A stretch of DNA of 64,000 bases from Leptogorgia sarmentosa (GCA_964658305.1 OZ210885.1:15314001-15378000); one strand, 5' to 3'. Positions 21,814 to 36,176 are shown, counted from the stretch's first letter. The notes: generated from the sequence alone by a model not told the origin. Numbers and translations: made by a program.

Positions 21814-24800
21814 GAAACAATTTCGTATAGGTTTGTTTTTATCGTGGGTGTCTGTACTCCGTAGTGTTCAATTACCTTGGCAACAAGGTTACGAGGTATT
21901 TGCATCAGGGACTTTGGAAGCTTTAGGATACTTTCTAGTCTTGGAAAATTTCAAATACAGTTTTTTCAAAACATTGTTTTTCCCACTTTGAACAACACTT
22001 TCTTCTAACAAAAATTACGTAGGTTTATACGTCTTTTCTTGGTCTTCCTGGACACCCGCTGCTTCCAGTGCCCAGTGCCCTGTTTTACACCATAGTATTG
22101 CAGGCTCAATTTGTTGATGGCGGCCATTTTGTTATGGCCACGCAACTTATTTTTATAACAACTGGAGCAATTCTTCACGAATCTTCGATAATTTTGCTTG
22201 ATATTTAGTCCTTACTGTTAGTTGAGCAAACAAGAGAGTTCTGACATTATTTTTAGTTAATAAAACTATAAAATAAAACAAAATATACTGATAGAATGTA
22301 TAGGCTAAACACAACCAAGGCCCGCAATCTACATACCATAGTGTGACAGCCAGGGGCGTGCATTTGAGGAATTTCTGGGGTGTGGGGCCGGGGAGGGTTA
22401 GGGCCTTTGAGGACCAACTTTGCAACATTCAAATCTCACGAAGCGCACTCTAGACTGCCAACAGCCATTTCAGATCTTTAAATCACCCGTTTTTAGGTAA
22501 ACTCATTCATTCAAACATATGACAATAGATCATAAAATCTTAATTTATGGAAAAGACTGTTAAAGAGGGATTAAACAGGCAATGCTTAGCTTTGTAGAAA
22601 GATTTTGAAAGTGTGTCCATAGTCTAAATGGAGACATAATCTGATACTTCAAAAAACATAAAAATGAATAAGCATGACGAATAATCTGCATGAAAATGAT
22701 GAAATGCCAGTACTTTTCCGTGATCCTCTGGGTATAAAGCAGAGTCTAAAATATTCTTTCAGATTTAAATCATTTTGCGACATCTTGAGCATTTGATACA
22801 TATGTTTTAAAAGTAGATTTTGTTATCGCTAAAACCTTTTCGATTTGTATCTCGCGTCTAAGTATATACATAAAAATAAAGCCATGCAGCATGCAAAAAA
22901 AGCCATATGTTGTTCACCCGGTTTCCGTGCACGTTGTTGTAAAGAGGGTGTTGTTTGAAAGACATGTTTTACCAGCTTAAACCCGTTGTCAGGGATCCAC
23001 AATGTTTGATCGGTCTAGCCGATTAGCTATACATTGATCAGCAATACGAGATCATCGGGATTAAGATAATTATTACAATTCCTAAATGGGCCCTAAAAAG
23101 CAAAAATAAAACTGTAGCAGCGTAGCTAATCACACTAGTTGGACCACGTTTTATGCATAAAAATGTGATCATGATCACTCGAAAAACATGCATTTTTTCA
23201 AAACTATATAGTTCAATGATTTGGCGAAAATGAATGTTCAAATCTTTCTTGACCATTTTCAACTTTTTATTTGTACTTTTTGGGAAAATAATTTCCGCCA
23301 TTGAAAATTCGATATTAAAATGCGTTTTTAAAACGACCAATAGCCGAAAAACGGGCTTTATAACCACGTTTCACGCGACACAAAATCCGCCATGATGATG
23401 ATAACAATTAATCTTTCTTTAGATAGGACGACCCAACACTTTTTTTCACATTTGACAAGAATAAATTTATTGTAATATTAATGCTCACGCCAAACTAAAA
23501 AAACTCGTTTGAAAAGAAAATATGACTACGAAATCCGTTCAAAATTTTCTACAAAACAACATGGCGACGGCAACAAACGTTTTGGCGGGAAAATATTCAG
23601 TTTCGTTCTTATATTATACTCCCTCAACTCAACTCAAAACACTAGCGAGCGTTGAATAAGTTTGTACGAGAAATATACTATCTATCTATTAATAATATTC
23701 ACCAAAGAACTAGCGAAGCAAATTTTCAAACAGAGAATACGATGCGAATAAAAACCTCAGCTAAAAGTCTTCATTTTGGTGATTTGGATAAATTTTTCTT
23801 CACAATTGAACATAGATAATCATTGCATTCAATTCATTTGTGAACACATTTCATTAGTTTTTCTCGTGAGTGAAATATTGCTTGAAATTTGACATTTTCT
23901 AGTACAATTTGTTCATTCATTTTAAAGGATTATAGTCATTACCACATGTAGTAAAATGAAATCGAAATATGACCCTATATATACAAGAAAATTTTCATTC
24001 GTATCTATATCTTTACTATCCAAATTATTCTTAATTTTACAACTTATGTTTTATTCGTCAGGAGGTGTTAAGGCAATAGCCTGCCTAATATAGCAATTAA
24101 TATATGTATTTAAACTGATTCTCAACTTTTCGTTAAATATATTTAACGAAAGGTCTTCTTGCCTTCTTCGTGATGAAATTGATTATTTAATAAAAAAAAT
24201 TCAGACAAAAGATCTGAGTTTTCGGTATTCTACTATATCTTTTGACTACTGGCAACATTTCTTAATTAGTTATCTAGATTTTTCCTTGTCAAAAATATGT
24301 TGCCTACTTGGAAATTTGAAGATTAATTTTAAATATGAATTTTGTTTAGGTTCGACTTACCTATTATACCAAAGTGTCTCATAAGAATTTCAATTTCAGT
24401 CAGTAAATGTCATAGCTCTTCGAATTCGTTTCGACTTCGTTTCGACAAGCCAAATCACATTTGTAGATGTATTATAACGTAATATATATTGCTTCTTTCG
24501 CAAGGAACGTTCAACTTCCATTTTAGTTTTATCATTAACAATGAAGGCTTAAACGAACAACTTAAAATGTTTGTTGCTCTTTTGCACGCTTCCAATGCTT
24601 GCTTCGCTTTCAACATTCAACGACTATATGTCATATTGCTTGCAAATACAGCGTATTTATTGTAAATCTTTCTTCAACCCTATATCAACCAAAGGTGTAA
24701 AGCTTGAATATCGCTAAAGTTGGCAGCCCTAATTGAAATTGTATCGCATAAAGAAACGTTGTTTTCCAAAAGAAGTAAAAAAGGTTATTTTTTGTTGTTG

Positions 24801-26282
24801 TTCATCTTCTTCATGCCCATGTCAATTTTTCACAAACACTACAGGCTTCTAACGGCGAAAAAATTTAGGTACAGTACAATTTAACACAACTTCGTATTGT
24901 CACTGACTCAGTATTTAATCCTCCAAGAAGATATAGTCTACCAGTTTATAACTTTGTTGCAATATTAACCTTATAACTCCAATATTCTTTCAACATATAA
25001 CCCATCTTCTTTACAAAAGACAAATTGAATATTTGCTAATCGTCAGTAAACCAGAGAAAGTTGTCGCGAGAGGATTATTCTCAATGCAAAACTTTTCGGT
25101 GACGGTGTGTTTATCTGCATGGTGTAAGATAATTTGAGGTTGCAATGTATATGGATTGGTTAAATGGGTGAGTTTGAAATCGTTTCAAGGCCCTCAACGT
25201 TTTGCAATAAAGCCAAGTCGTTTGCTTTCATATACAAAATTTAAAACGATCAAGCATTGTGGCAGAATATTACAGACCTATGTGAATGTAGTTACATTGA
25301 TTCTATGCTATAAATTTAATGAAGAATAAGTATAGTTTGGTGTCTATAAGGTTGTATGGATTATATTAACGGCTTCCCACATTATTTATCGATACAAGAG
25401 TTTTAGTTACATAACTACGAAGTCTGTAGTTTTTATTTCTATCAGGAGTTTGAAATCACAATGGCCGTTGAAGTTGTCAGTGTAGCTACTCCGTGGCGAT
25501 GTTTAAGTTTCAACCGTTCTGAAATTCGGGCGAATTGAATTTTCTTCAGAAATAGAATAAATGAAAATGAAGTCATTTTTTTATTTCAGAATTTAGATTA
25601 TGTAGTTGAAATAGACTGTCAGCTATGATAAAAACTAAAGGCGTTTGCACTATGTTCCGTTTATTATACTTCCTTTAAGGTGTGGCCATTGCGTCGAATC
25701 TATATGGCTGTAATAAATTTCTTCATTTCACAATAACATTGTCTAAAGGGATATATTTTCTTACCATTGTAGGTGCAAACATTATAACCCAACTTATAAC
25801 TGTTTATTATGTGTATTGCAATAAGAACAGTTAGAGAAAGGGTAAAATTTTTTTTAAAAAAAAATTTATCAAGATGAGACAAATTTTTATTCCATATCTG
25901 GAACTTTCATGATGTAGGTGGAATGTGAGACTGTCACTAGAGATAACTATGCTTGCCGAATCACTAATATACAAGCATTTTAACTATATAATGGGAGTGC
26001 TTTCGCAAGCCAAAGTGTCTAGACTTTAACACACAGGGACGAGCATGAAATTAAGACAAAAAAACATTTATATTGGAACAGCAAATTTTGAATTCAAACG
26101 ATGGCGTGATGTTGGAAAATGTAAACAGTGACCAACCTCACGCGATTTCGAGTGCGGCCATAAGCACGTAATGACAGGTTTGCCAAACTTGTGAAACCTT
26201 CACATGAGAAAAATCTACCCCCTCGATTCGCTTCGTTAAACACAAGGGAATAAACTCATGGGAATTTATCACATGTGATCAA

Positions 26283-26396
26283 CACGCAGCAAAAGTTCCA
26301 CTCACTCCCTACAGGATACACAAAACGTTTCGAACAATAGCTCTTCGTTGAATCTGTCTGTATCGTTTAGGAAGTGGGTAGAACTTTTGCTGCTTG
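26283..26396. mobile_element. Small MITE-like inverted-repeat element
   Basis: cacgcagcaaaagttc ... gaacttttgctgcttg followed by TA; a related half-copy lies near 28165. Confidence 0.6.
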
Positions 26397-29300
26397 TACA
26401 TGTTGTTTTCCGCTACCTACACTGGCCACATATTGAAATTTATACCTGAGTTTGATTTGCAATGCTTTTCTGAATTGCTTTTCGCATGTAAGAAGTCGTT
26501 CACAAGAGAGAAATATCATTTTTCCCGGTGTAAAATGGCCACTGTTAAATGAACCGAATTAAGGCGTGTTGCGAACGAAGTTCCCCTCAGGGCAAGGGCT
26601 AGGTTCTCAGCTACTGTTTGCAAGGGAAAACAGGGATGGTTGAGACTATTAAGTACCAGCAAGAGGGGTTAGTTTGTTTTCACATCATGTCAAAAGAAAC
26701 AAAATTGAAGAGCCAGGCCAACTTGAAGCCTGAGTTGTTCTCGTGAGAAGATATAGCCCCTTGGCTTATTTGGCCGCCTCACTACAAATTCTTTCCTAAC
26801 GTTTTCTTGTGTTGACAACTTGAAGTAGAAAAGTGATTATGAGTCATGGAAAAGTTTTTGGGTGGATTAGTACTATAGTTGTGTGAAGTTAGCAAGTAGG
26901 AGTTGGATTGGCATGTCAATGACATGTTGAATGTTTGTTGAATAAGACTTGAACTCATATACAGACATATATGAAGGAGTGTTAAATTTATCTACAATCA
27001 AAGTTATAGACAGCTAGAACTTAAACCTTTATTACTACCCGTCTGGTGGGATGCAAAATTAGCAGTAATTTTATTTTCAGAGGCTAGCCGTTTAGCTTGG
27101 CAAAAGCCTAATGCATCCTTTGCCAAGAACGCCATTCAAGGAAAATTGTAGGATGTGTTTAAACATTCAAACGAACTTTCAAGGTCAAAGCTATCGAAAA
27201 GCATGCACTAATTTCTTTCTATATGAAGAGGAAGCATTAACGTCAAGAGCAAACAAATTATCGCATTAGTTTTTCCGCGCCTGTTGCAATAAACCTCAAC
27301 GATTCGGAGCCATTAAGGATCGTTCAATCGAAAATCTCAAAGGTTGTCAGTTCTGACACTTGACATAGTCAAGTCTCAAGTGGTCAGCCACCGGTTTATG
27401 GTAATCTCTTGGTTCGCTCCTTCAAATATTCGTCCGTCCACCCTCAAATTCCCACAATTATCACGATAATTAAAGTTTCACAATCCTTCCTTGAGCATTT
27501 TTCCTTCTTCCTTTTGAATCTGGGTCCGGAAGAGGCCAAAAATTGTGTAATAGGGCACAGCCAAGTCACCATGCAACCGTCACCAGCATTATTGTGGGGG
27601 AAGGGGGGTGGGGGGGAGGCAGGAGGTTTAGTGGAACGAATGGTATTTAGTACCCATGCATGTCTTTTACCTCCTTATCTGTGAACAATATGAAGATTTT
27701 TGAAACGCAGGTGCACAAAGTTGTGTGATTTTAGTCGGCAAATTTATGATCAACTGAATGCAGTTTGAATCGAATAAAATCACTAGTATATTCTGAGAAA
27801 CAAACTGACTGTGTTAGATTCACGCCATGCATGTGGTTTATGATTGTGTATCAAAGATATTATGGTGTGTCAAGCCAGAACTTCAACAACATTAAGGAGA
27901 GAATACAGAGGTGTTTGGTAGTAGATATATTCATATACAGCGTGTACTGTGTTAGTTTTTTAAATCTTAATGCCAATCCTTGTCGCGAATTGACACGAGA
28001 ATGGCATGAAGACACCAGTGACTTGAGTGTCGAAACGTTGGGCAGTAAAGGCAATCAGACTTGTTTGATATGAACGAGCAATCTTTATATACTGCATGTG
28101 TTTACATTGTCTAACAAACTTCAATATTTACCAACTGTAGGTGGCGGATAATACCACCTAAATACATAAAAAGTTCCACTCCCTAACTACACGATGCAAC
28201 AAGATTGTACGTTTCGATATCCCTTTCGTGGACTTGTCTTTTTCTTTTTCTCTGTAATTGTCCCTGTATACAAGGAAAATGAGATAACTGCAAATTAAAA
28301 AAAAAAAAAAGTTTTTCACACGGAGCAATTGACTTCCTTATCAGACCAACAAAATGGCAATGTTATAGGCTATTTCTAAGTCTGATAAAATCTTCAGTCA
28401 GGAATAAAAGTAATTCAGAGTGATGGAGTCTTGCACAAAAGACGTTCGTGCCTATAATGAATGATAATAATGAGGGAAATGGATGCATGGCTGACCGTTA
28501 ACAGGATTACCTCTTCATGAAAGAATAATCACTCATTAATGAAAAATAGAAGAATGCATGAAAAAAGCGCAATAAAGCACATAATTGCTTAATGGGTTAC
28601 GGTAATGCATTCTTCTCAATCCATTCATATGCATCCAAATTTTCTAATTACATATTTTAATGCTTTGTAACTTATATACTTTCAACAAATGAACCTTTCA
28701 TGTATTCGTGTCAGGTGTGTTGCAACTATTTCTTGGTGGTTTTTAAGATATGTAAAAATTTTTAGGCATTCACGACAAACATGGAATATAGTGCTCAATA
28801 GCGCACACAATTGCCAAGTTTTCGTTTTGTTGTGTGTTTCAATTCGTTGCCGGAAGCCGCGTCAATATCATCCCTTGTTCATGCTCCGTTCTCACACAAA
28901 ACCGAGTTGGATTCGATCAATTACGGCAATGAGAACGCTTTGAACATCGGAAATGGAAAATTACGATGCAGACGAGCTCTGAAAGTGCGAACAATGAAAG
29001 TGCAACAATATCACGCTGTTAAAACAGAGTATTGTTTCGTTCCCAAGTACAAACATCCGCGGGGCGTGTTGTTTTTTTTTAAAGGAATTGCACTTTTAGA
29101 CGAGTTATAATTATCGCAATGTCATGCAGTGATTTCGTAATGTGTTGAAATTGCTGGATGCTCTTCTCGCACAAGATGTAATCTTGTCCCATGGAAAGCC
29201 CAAAGATCTTTGTTCCGTTGACTAAATACTTATGTATACGACAAACATCGGTGGGGGGAAGGGGGTAATTTGTGACCAGCGGCGCAACTGTTGGAGTTAG

Positions 29301-31138
29301 GCGGGGGGAAAGTGGAGAGGGTGTACACCCTACACAACACATTTATGAAAACATCTCAAGAATTATAACTATTGCAGTTAAACTTAAACGCTTCGATAGC
29401 ATTCTGCCAAATTTCAAGTATGAGTCTTGACAGATATTGGTTTCTTCACCTTGATAAATGTAAATGACAAATGTAAATTAGTTTTCAAAAAGCACATCCC
29501 TGCGACACATGTACTTTTACTGATAATTAAGAGATGTGCTTGCCTGACAAATAGTTCTCGTCCAAGTAACATCCTTCTCTTTGATAAACACCCCTGTTTT
29601 CATATTTTCATCTGAATCAGAACTTTTCTTTCTAACACACTAACCATAAACCTATACATCTTTCATACATCTCCATTAATTTAACCGGTCTCCCTCTAAT
29701 TCAGCCATCTCTCTCTTTTTACCTCTCTCTCCATGTCTATCTCTAATTAACACGACCCTCTCCAATCCAATGACCTCATTTCTCTCGAATTACTTCTCCA
29801 ACATCTTTCTCTCTAACTCACTCACTTTCTCTCTTTCCAGCACGATTCGAACTCGTTTAACTCCGCCGCTGTAAAGTACTCAAAAATATTTTGTGTGCTC
29901 AATGAGTAGCTACAAATCATCTTTGAGTCGAATGGTCAGGAGATAGTATGATGGTTTAATATCTCCTTTTTGTCTGTGTCAATAACTTGTTCAATTGGGA
30001 AAACAAAGTCAATTCTCTGATGATTTGTTGTCTTTTCTACATATATATTTGCATGCTATATACAGTCTTGTCTATTGTTCTTGTCTATAATATGTGTGAT
30101 ATGTGCATGAGAGTTGATGTTTTAAGATGTTGGAGGTCCGTTCAGATGATTCACCACTTTATGGTAAATGAAAACGACATGTTGGACATAATAGTCACGT
30201 CGTCAGCTTTTATAGCTAAAATTTACGTTCGCCTTTCTTGGGAAGCAGTGCTATATATGCACCGAAGGAATACCGAATTCAAATAAATGTTAAAAAGATC
30301 GACTGCATGACGCTCCAGAATATTGCATCTCTGATAGAAACCAAACGCGCATTTCTGGCTCCTTTTTGTGCAATATCATCGCACACTCCGTCTGCAAGAA
30401 ATGCTGAGAAAAGCCACCAGCGTCGTCGAGTCTGTTACTTTTCGCCCCCTTTAATTGTTTATTCGCCCGATTAAAGATTATGTAATTTAATCGCTAGCTC
30501 AAAGGGCTTAAAGACCTGTTTACTAAATATAAACTTTTTACTAAACACGATTAAATCTATTATGGCAGCTTTAACGCGCTTTAAGAAGGTCGAAAATAGG
30601 TTTTAAATCTAAATCGCCCTATAATCATCTTTAAATTAATATATACCCACATTTAAGCAATGCGGACATATAGTTGTTTTAATCACTAATGTAAAGTGAT
30701 TAAAGGTCCATTTACCAGATATAATATTTTTTTAAATGCGATTAAATATGGCATTTCGTCCTGTGTGATAAGCAGCTTAAGCACTGATACAACAATATTG
30801 CAGCATGGCAGAGCCTATCCTGCACGCGAAAATGCTTTCACATGGGCATCTCTATTAACACACACTAACCTGTTAGATTAGTGATAATTTATGCATGATT
30901 ATGACTAATTGACTATCATGTGGTCGCATGACATGTGCTTGAGTTTGTTCGTTACATTTGTTGTACGTTGACAGTATGTAGTCCACAACTACATTTATAT
31001 TTTCCTACCTAATATTAAAGAAACAATTCTACAAGTCCAGTGGAGTGATTTCTAATACAAGCCTCGATTTTCGAGCTGTATTCAGTGTATTGTATATATA
31101 TATATATATATATATAATTATTTATTTAGTGAATTTGT

Positions 31139-31184
31139 GGTTGCTACTCCGAGTTTCACACGCTAAGGCGATCGTCAGGCTACC
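31139..31184 (-). ncRNA. Minimal type I hammerhead ribozyme in Penelope A 3' region
   Basis: - strand ggtagc CTGACGA t cgc-ctta-gcg tgt GAAAC tcgga GTA gcaacc: both core boxes, a short stem II, and stem I with one mismatch. Confidence 0.65.
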
Positions 31185-31279
31185 AAGCAATTTGGTAAAA
31201 TTACACTCCATTTACATCGTGATATTAGGTGTCAAGTTTCATGTCTACATTTCGTAAATAGTTCTGTTCGTTTGTTTAA

Positions 31280-33341
31280 AGTGCCCCTGTCATAAAATTA
31301 GAATTCGAATTTTTGAAATCTATGGTATAAAATATGGAGATATCTGAAAACCGAATCAAAATTGCATTTTTAGTTTAGAAGTTATTGCCGTTCAAACTTT
31401 GAATTTTGCTTTTGAAAAATCTGAAAACCGCGCAAAAGAGACTGGAACTAAATGACGCGTTTGACGTAATAGTAGGAACTCGTCTGACGGAGTAATATAG
31501 AAATACTATTGCGTGCGCTAATATATAGAAGGCTATAGCGCATAAAAATGTCACAAAACTGAACAAAATGCAGAATAGATGTGCAGTAGGATGTTGTTCT
31601 AACATGTCTAATGTCAGTTATATAAAGAAAGCCATTTCACTTCAACTTATGCACTCTAGACAAGAGACACGAAGCGACCAAGATACAAGCCTAACTGTTC
31701 CTTCCTGTGCTTTAAAATAGACTTTAAACACGAACCAGCGCGTCAGCGTTTGTTACACATTTTGCAAAAGAAGATCTCACTGGGTTTTTATAGCTATAAA
31801 AACCGCGTTTGCTTACGGACAATATTTATACGGCTGCGACTCCGAAAAAACCCAAATACCCAACACTGCTGATGACTTAAATTTGTCTGCGAGGGGCATG
31901 ATATGGATGCATATATCAAATGCGAATTTTATTATCTAGTTAGTTACTTGTAATAAATATGGCGGAATCTATATCACAAATTTGTATACATATTATGTTA
32001 AAAAAGAAGCATATTTGATATAGTCAATCGACGCTAAGGGTTGGCTAACGCAAGTATGACTATCATACAAAATGTCAAAGAAAAAATGTAACTGAAGTAT
32101 ACAATATCAATGACATGGACCAACAGCGAGCCGCCGGGTTCGCTAACTCATGTGAATCATTATACTTATAAATGATAAAAAACTCATACAACATTAAAAT
32201 AGTTGCACATAAGTTTATTGATAAATTACAATAATATTAACGAGCTATCGCTTTATAACAACAACGAATCAGTAAAATTGCATTGCATAAACTGTCTTCG
32301 ACCTTGATTTCTCATGTGCGCAACTGCGCAATTTAAGTTGAGGATAACAAATTTCGATAGCTGCATGAATACTATAGCAACTCTATTTTACTATTAAGGA
32401 GCAAAATTATTCCTAAACTATATGTGTTCATAAATATAAACTTTATTCACCTTCCAATATAAATATATGTGCTTGTTTCGGGTCAGTCCTGTTTTTTTTA
32501 CGTAATTTCGTAGCAGCTAAATGCGAAGGTTAACCCAGAATGCTTGATTATCTGAAGCATCAGAGCGTTAGGCGCACAGAATCGACGCACTTATTTCCAA
32601 GCAAGATCAAGGCATTACGAAGCACTGCAGTTTAATGTGACAGTACATTATATATTTCTATCAGCTGCAATATATACTTTGTAATTTAACCTCCGCGTAA
32701 CGACGCGAAACCTTAGATAAATAATATAAGTCACGCAACCAAACCAATGTCAAATATTATGTCTGTTCATATATCTTCATAGGTGTTTAATTCATTCTTC
32801 TGAACCACCAAGTCTTCATTATGGTTCCTCAAAAAGCTTTGTCGCACGAAATCTTTTTTCTCTAGTATAATTGTGCGTAGTTCACATATACTGTATAGCC
32901 AATGTGCTGATCATGATCTCAGCTTCATGACTGCGCTCCACTGCTGTTTTGACCCATATTACTGCTTTCTTAATTTTGTATGACCACAAATATGAATCAC
33001 GGCGGAGTCATTTACATCGGTAATTGTTATTTTTCGTGCCTGAACTCAACGAGGACATATTTTTACTGATTTTAACTAGCGTGATTGTGATTCTCCCATA
33101 GTAATTACATACTTTGCGCTTGGTCAATAGGCCAACGAGTTCCTACTATTACGTAGTAGTCACCAGTTTCCCACCTTCGCGGTTTTCAAAAACTTTTGCC
33201 GTTAAAATTTGAAAATTTCAAATTTCAATCCCTTTTTTCTCCGTGAAAACGAACTCAATTTTAATTCTGTTTCCTATTTTCGTAATCTACGTCTCAAGGA
33301 GATTTCAATGATGTAAACTCCCATTTTGTGACAGGGGCACT
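31280..33341 (+). mobile_element. Non-autonomous Kolobok-type DNA transposon (TTAA TSD) with decayed THAP start, inserted in Penelope A
   Basis: TTAA|AGTGCCCCTGTCATAAAAT ... ATTTTGTGACAGGGGCACT|TTAA. Penelope sequence is continuous across the site. MQNRCAVGCCSN (THAP-like start) occurs at 31568. Confidence 0.85.
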
Positions 33342-35043
33342 TTAAAAGTTCCCGTTCTTTTGCTTCATGATGATTAGTTTTTTTCTTGAGCCGGCTTTAT
33401 AGGCGGGCACCTTATTAATCAGTGACCACTTGATGGCAAACGATCTCTTAGCATCCTTCAATTTCCAGATGTGTTTGGAAAGTTCCGTTTCTGTCACGTA
33501 TTTCTTGTTCCTGAAGGATTGCATGTGGTTTCGGTAGCGTGGTTTGAATTTGTCGGCGGTAACTCCGATATATGTGGCAGTTGTATTGTCGTCCGTGGTG
33601 GTGACTTCGGCTTTGTATACCACGCTTTTTGTTAGGCATTTACCTTCTGTCGGGCACTCGTTTGGTTTTCTGCAGTTACACTGTCACATATTGTTTGCGT
33701 TGTTGTTAGTTGGTTTGTTGTGTTTGTTCAGGATTTTCTTGTTGTGTCTGTTTATGAACGTTTTCATGTTGTCAAGACAGCTGTGTAACTAATTCGTACG
33801 TTATGTTGGTTGAAGATTTTGTGTAGCTTGTTGGACGTTATGAAGTGTTTGTCGATTAGTTGTAGGAATCGCTGCCCAATGTTCGTTTTAATGTTTTTAC
33901 TGTAAGGGGGGTTGTACCATATCATGTTACATTGTCTGTTTCGTCTCTGTGTTCCGTTGTCGGTGTTATCCTCGTTAGTGATTTGTTCGTATGTTAGGGT
34001 TGTGTCAAAATTACTTTGTTTTAGAGTGTTGTTGTACAGGGGGGCTGTTGCGTTGAATGTTTGTTTGTTGCATGACAGTTTGTTGATGCGTTTGTTGATG
34101 GCTGAGGGTAGTTGTCGTGTAATGGCAGGTGGGTGGTTTGACAATCGGTTGATGTGGAGGGGGTCGTCCTTTGGGTTTCTGTAGGGCTTGTATGTTCCAT
34201 CGGTCAGGTCGAGGGTCACGTCTAGGAAGTTTACCCGCTTCAGGTTAGCCGTTGTGACGATCTTGAGGCCAAACTTGTTTAGGGTTTCTATCAATTCTTT
34301 TCTCGATTTATCAGCCAGTCTTCCGGATGTTGTTGATGGCAGCCAAGCCGTCGTCACGGTATAGACCAACGTTGCTTCCGAAGCGTTTTTCCAAAGTGTT
34401 GAGGATGTACAGCCCGACAAGTTCACATATCTTTGCACCGTCAAAGCTGCCCATGGTTACATCGAATGTGTTTACCGAGTTCTTCTTTGCCCAGAATAAA
34501 TCGAATGATAAATTAAAACGAACATTGGGCAGCGATTCATACAACTAATCGACAAACACTTCCCAACGTCCAACAAGCTACACAAAATCTTCAACCGACA
34601 TAACGTACGAATTAGTTACAGCTGTCTTGACAACATGAAAACGTTCATAAACAGACACAACAAGAAAATCCTGAACAAACACAACAAACCAACTAACAAC
34701 ATCAAGTGGTCACTGATTAATAAGGTGCCCGCCTATAAAGCCGGCTCAAGAAAATGCAACCTATGTCTCGAGAAAAAACTAATCATCATGAAGCAAAAGA
34801 ACAGGGAACTTTCAAACAAACGAACAGAACTATTCACGAAATGTAGACATGAAACTCAACACCTAATATCACGATGTAAATAGAGTGTAATTTTACCTAG
34901 TTGCTTAGTCGCCTTAGCGCGTGAAACTTGGAGTAGCAACCGCAAATTCACTAGATAAATAATTATTATTCGCTCTACCTATGGTATTGAGCGCTCTTAT
35001 ACCTTTCGCCAACACTGTGACTACTGTGTTACAGCCGATTCCT

Positions 35044-35080
<37 letters not shown>

Positions 35081-35155
35081 CAATTTTATTGAATTATCTT
35101 AAAACAAATTTATCGCTACTTAAAGTTTCATGCCAGTATCTCTGACAATCATCAG

Positions 35156-36176
35156 GGGCCGGTTGTACGAAAGGCGTTTAACTTAAACGGCGTTTAAGCA
35201 TTATCCAACGTATAAATTTCCTATCCAGCGGTAGTTAACTAGCGGATAAAATCGTGTTGCACGAAGCCCGTTTAGGATCGCGTTTAACTATACGATGGAT
35301 AAACTTAAATTTACCCGCAAAAACCGGATTTTCCAGTATTTGTGCACCTCAACTTGGTACTTGGGGGAACTTGAGGGTAAAATGTTGCAGATTTCACACT
35401 CGTATAACATCACGCTTCATGAAATTCGAAAACAACGGTTATTTTTAATTAATTTTACAACAACTTCAACATTTTATTCCTTGTCCTTGACCTTGAATTT
35501 TGTTGAAAACAATTTTTCGAACATTTTCTGTCATGTTTTGATTGGCTTAACAAAGTCGCACCGAGCGAACAAAGTTCTTTTCGAATTTTGGGCTTTTGGC
35601 GTCTTTTTGTTTGTGTATTTATGTACGTTATAATATTTGGTCGTCTACAGCGATTGTTCATTCAGAATGGCTTTAAGTTGGAGTTTTACAGCTATTATTA
35701 AACACGATATAATAAGTCTGATTGTCTGGAGCGGGAAAGTCAAAGAATATAACGTATAAACACGCTGGAAACTCGTGCGTTATGAAAATATAGCAAAGTC
35801 GCAGCCTTTTATTCATTTTCGAGGTTACTTCAGTTTACCTCAAGACAAGTTAGACAACAAAAGTCGATGGTGAGTGTTCACTTGACTTCTTTTTGTCCAT
35901 TGTAGTAAAGACAGTCCCCCCTTTCTGTCACAATTCTCCTTCGTTAATCCGAAATCCTCATTAGTATGTTTTGAAATGTTAATTTATCCGCCGGATAGTG
36001 AGTTAAACGGTCTCATGAGACCGTTTAACTTTATCCATCGTTTAGCCAAAATTTAACCAGTGGATAGCGCTAAACGGGCTTCGTACAACGCAATTTCTCA
36101 ATCGTTTAAATTTTATCCGGCGGATAGCGAGTTAAACAGTGTATAGCGACTTAAACGCCTTTCGTACAACCGGCCC
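35156..36176. mobile_element. PIF/Harbinger-type MITE (copy 1)
   Basis: 26-bp perfect TIR GGGCCGGTTGTACGAAAGGCGTTTAA; 3-bp TSD CAG (CWG type) at 35153-55 and 36177-79; subterminal ggatag/ctatcc repeats. Confidence 0.92.

Larger units (their letters stand above)
31117..35045 (-). mobile_element. Penelope-like element family A: 5'-truncated - strand copy (RT C-terminus plus GIY-YIG, 31117-~34495) fused head-to-head to an inverted partial + copy (~34511-35045)
   Basis: [42 protein letters not shown]...RYRNH. The 3' tail at 31117-31279 is the reverse complement of ~34810-34970. Both ends abut (TA)n. Confidence 0.9.

Noticed and set aside
22344..31092. Short ORFs, lone TTAA-AG starts, a CAGGGGCG start at 22351 and a CT-rich tract at ~29680-29840
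   Set aside because: No protein motifs and no paired termini were found; treated as unclassified non-coding or decayed repeat DNA.
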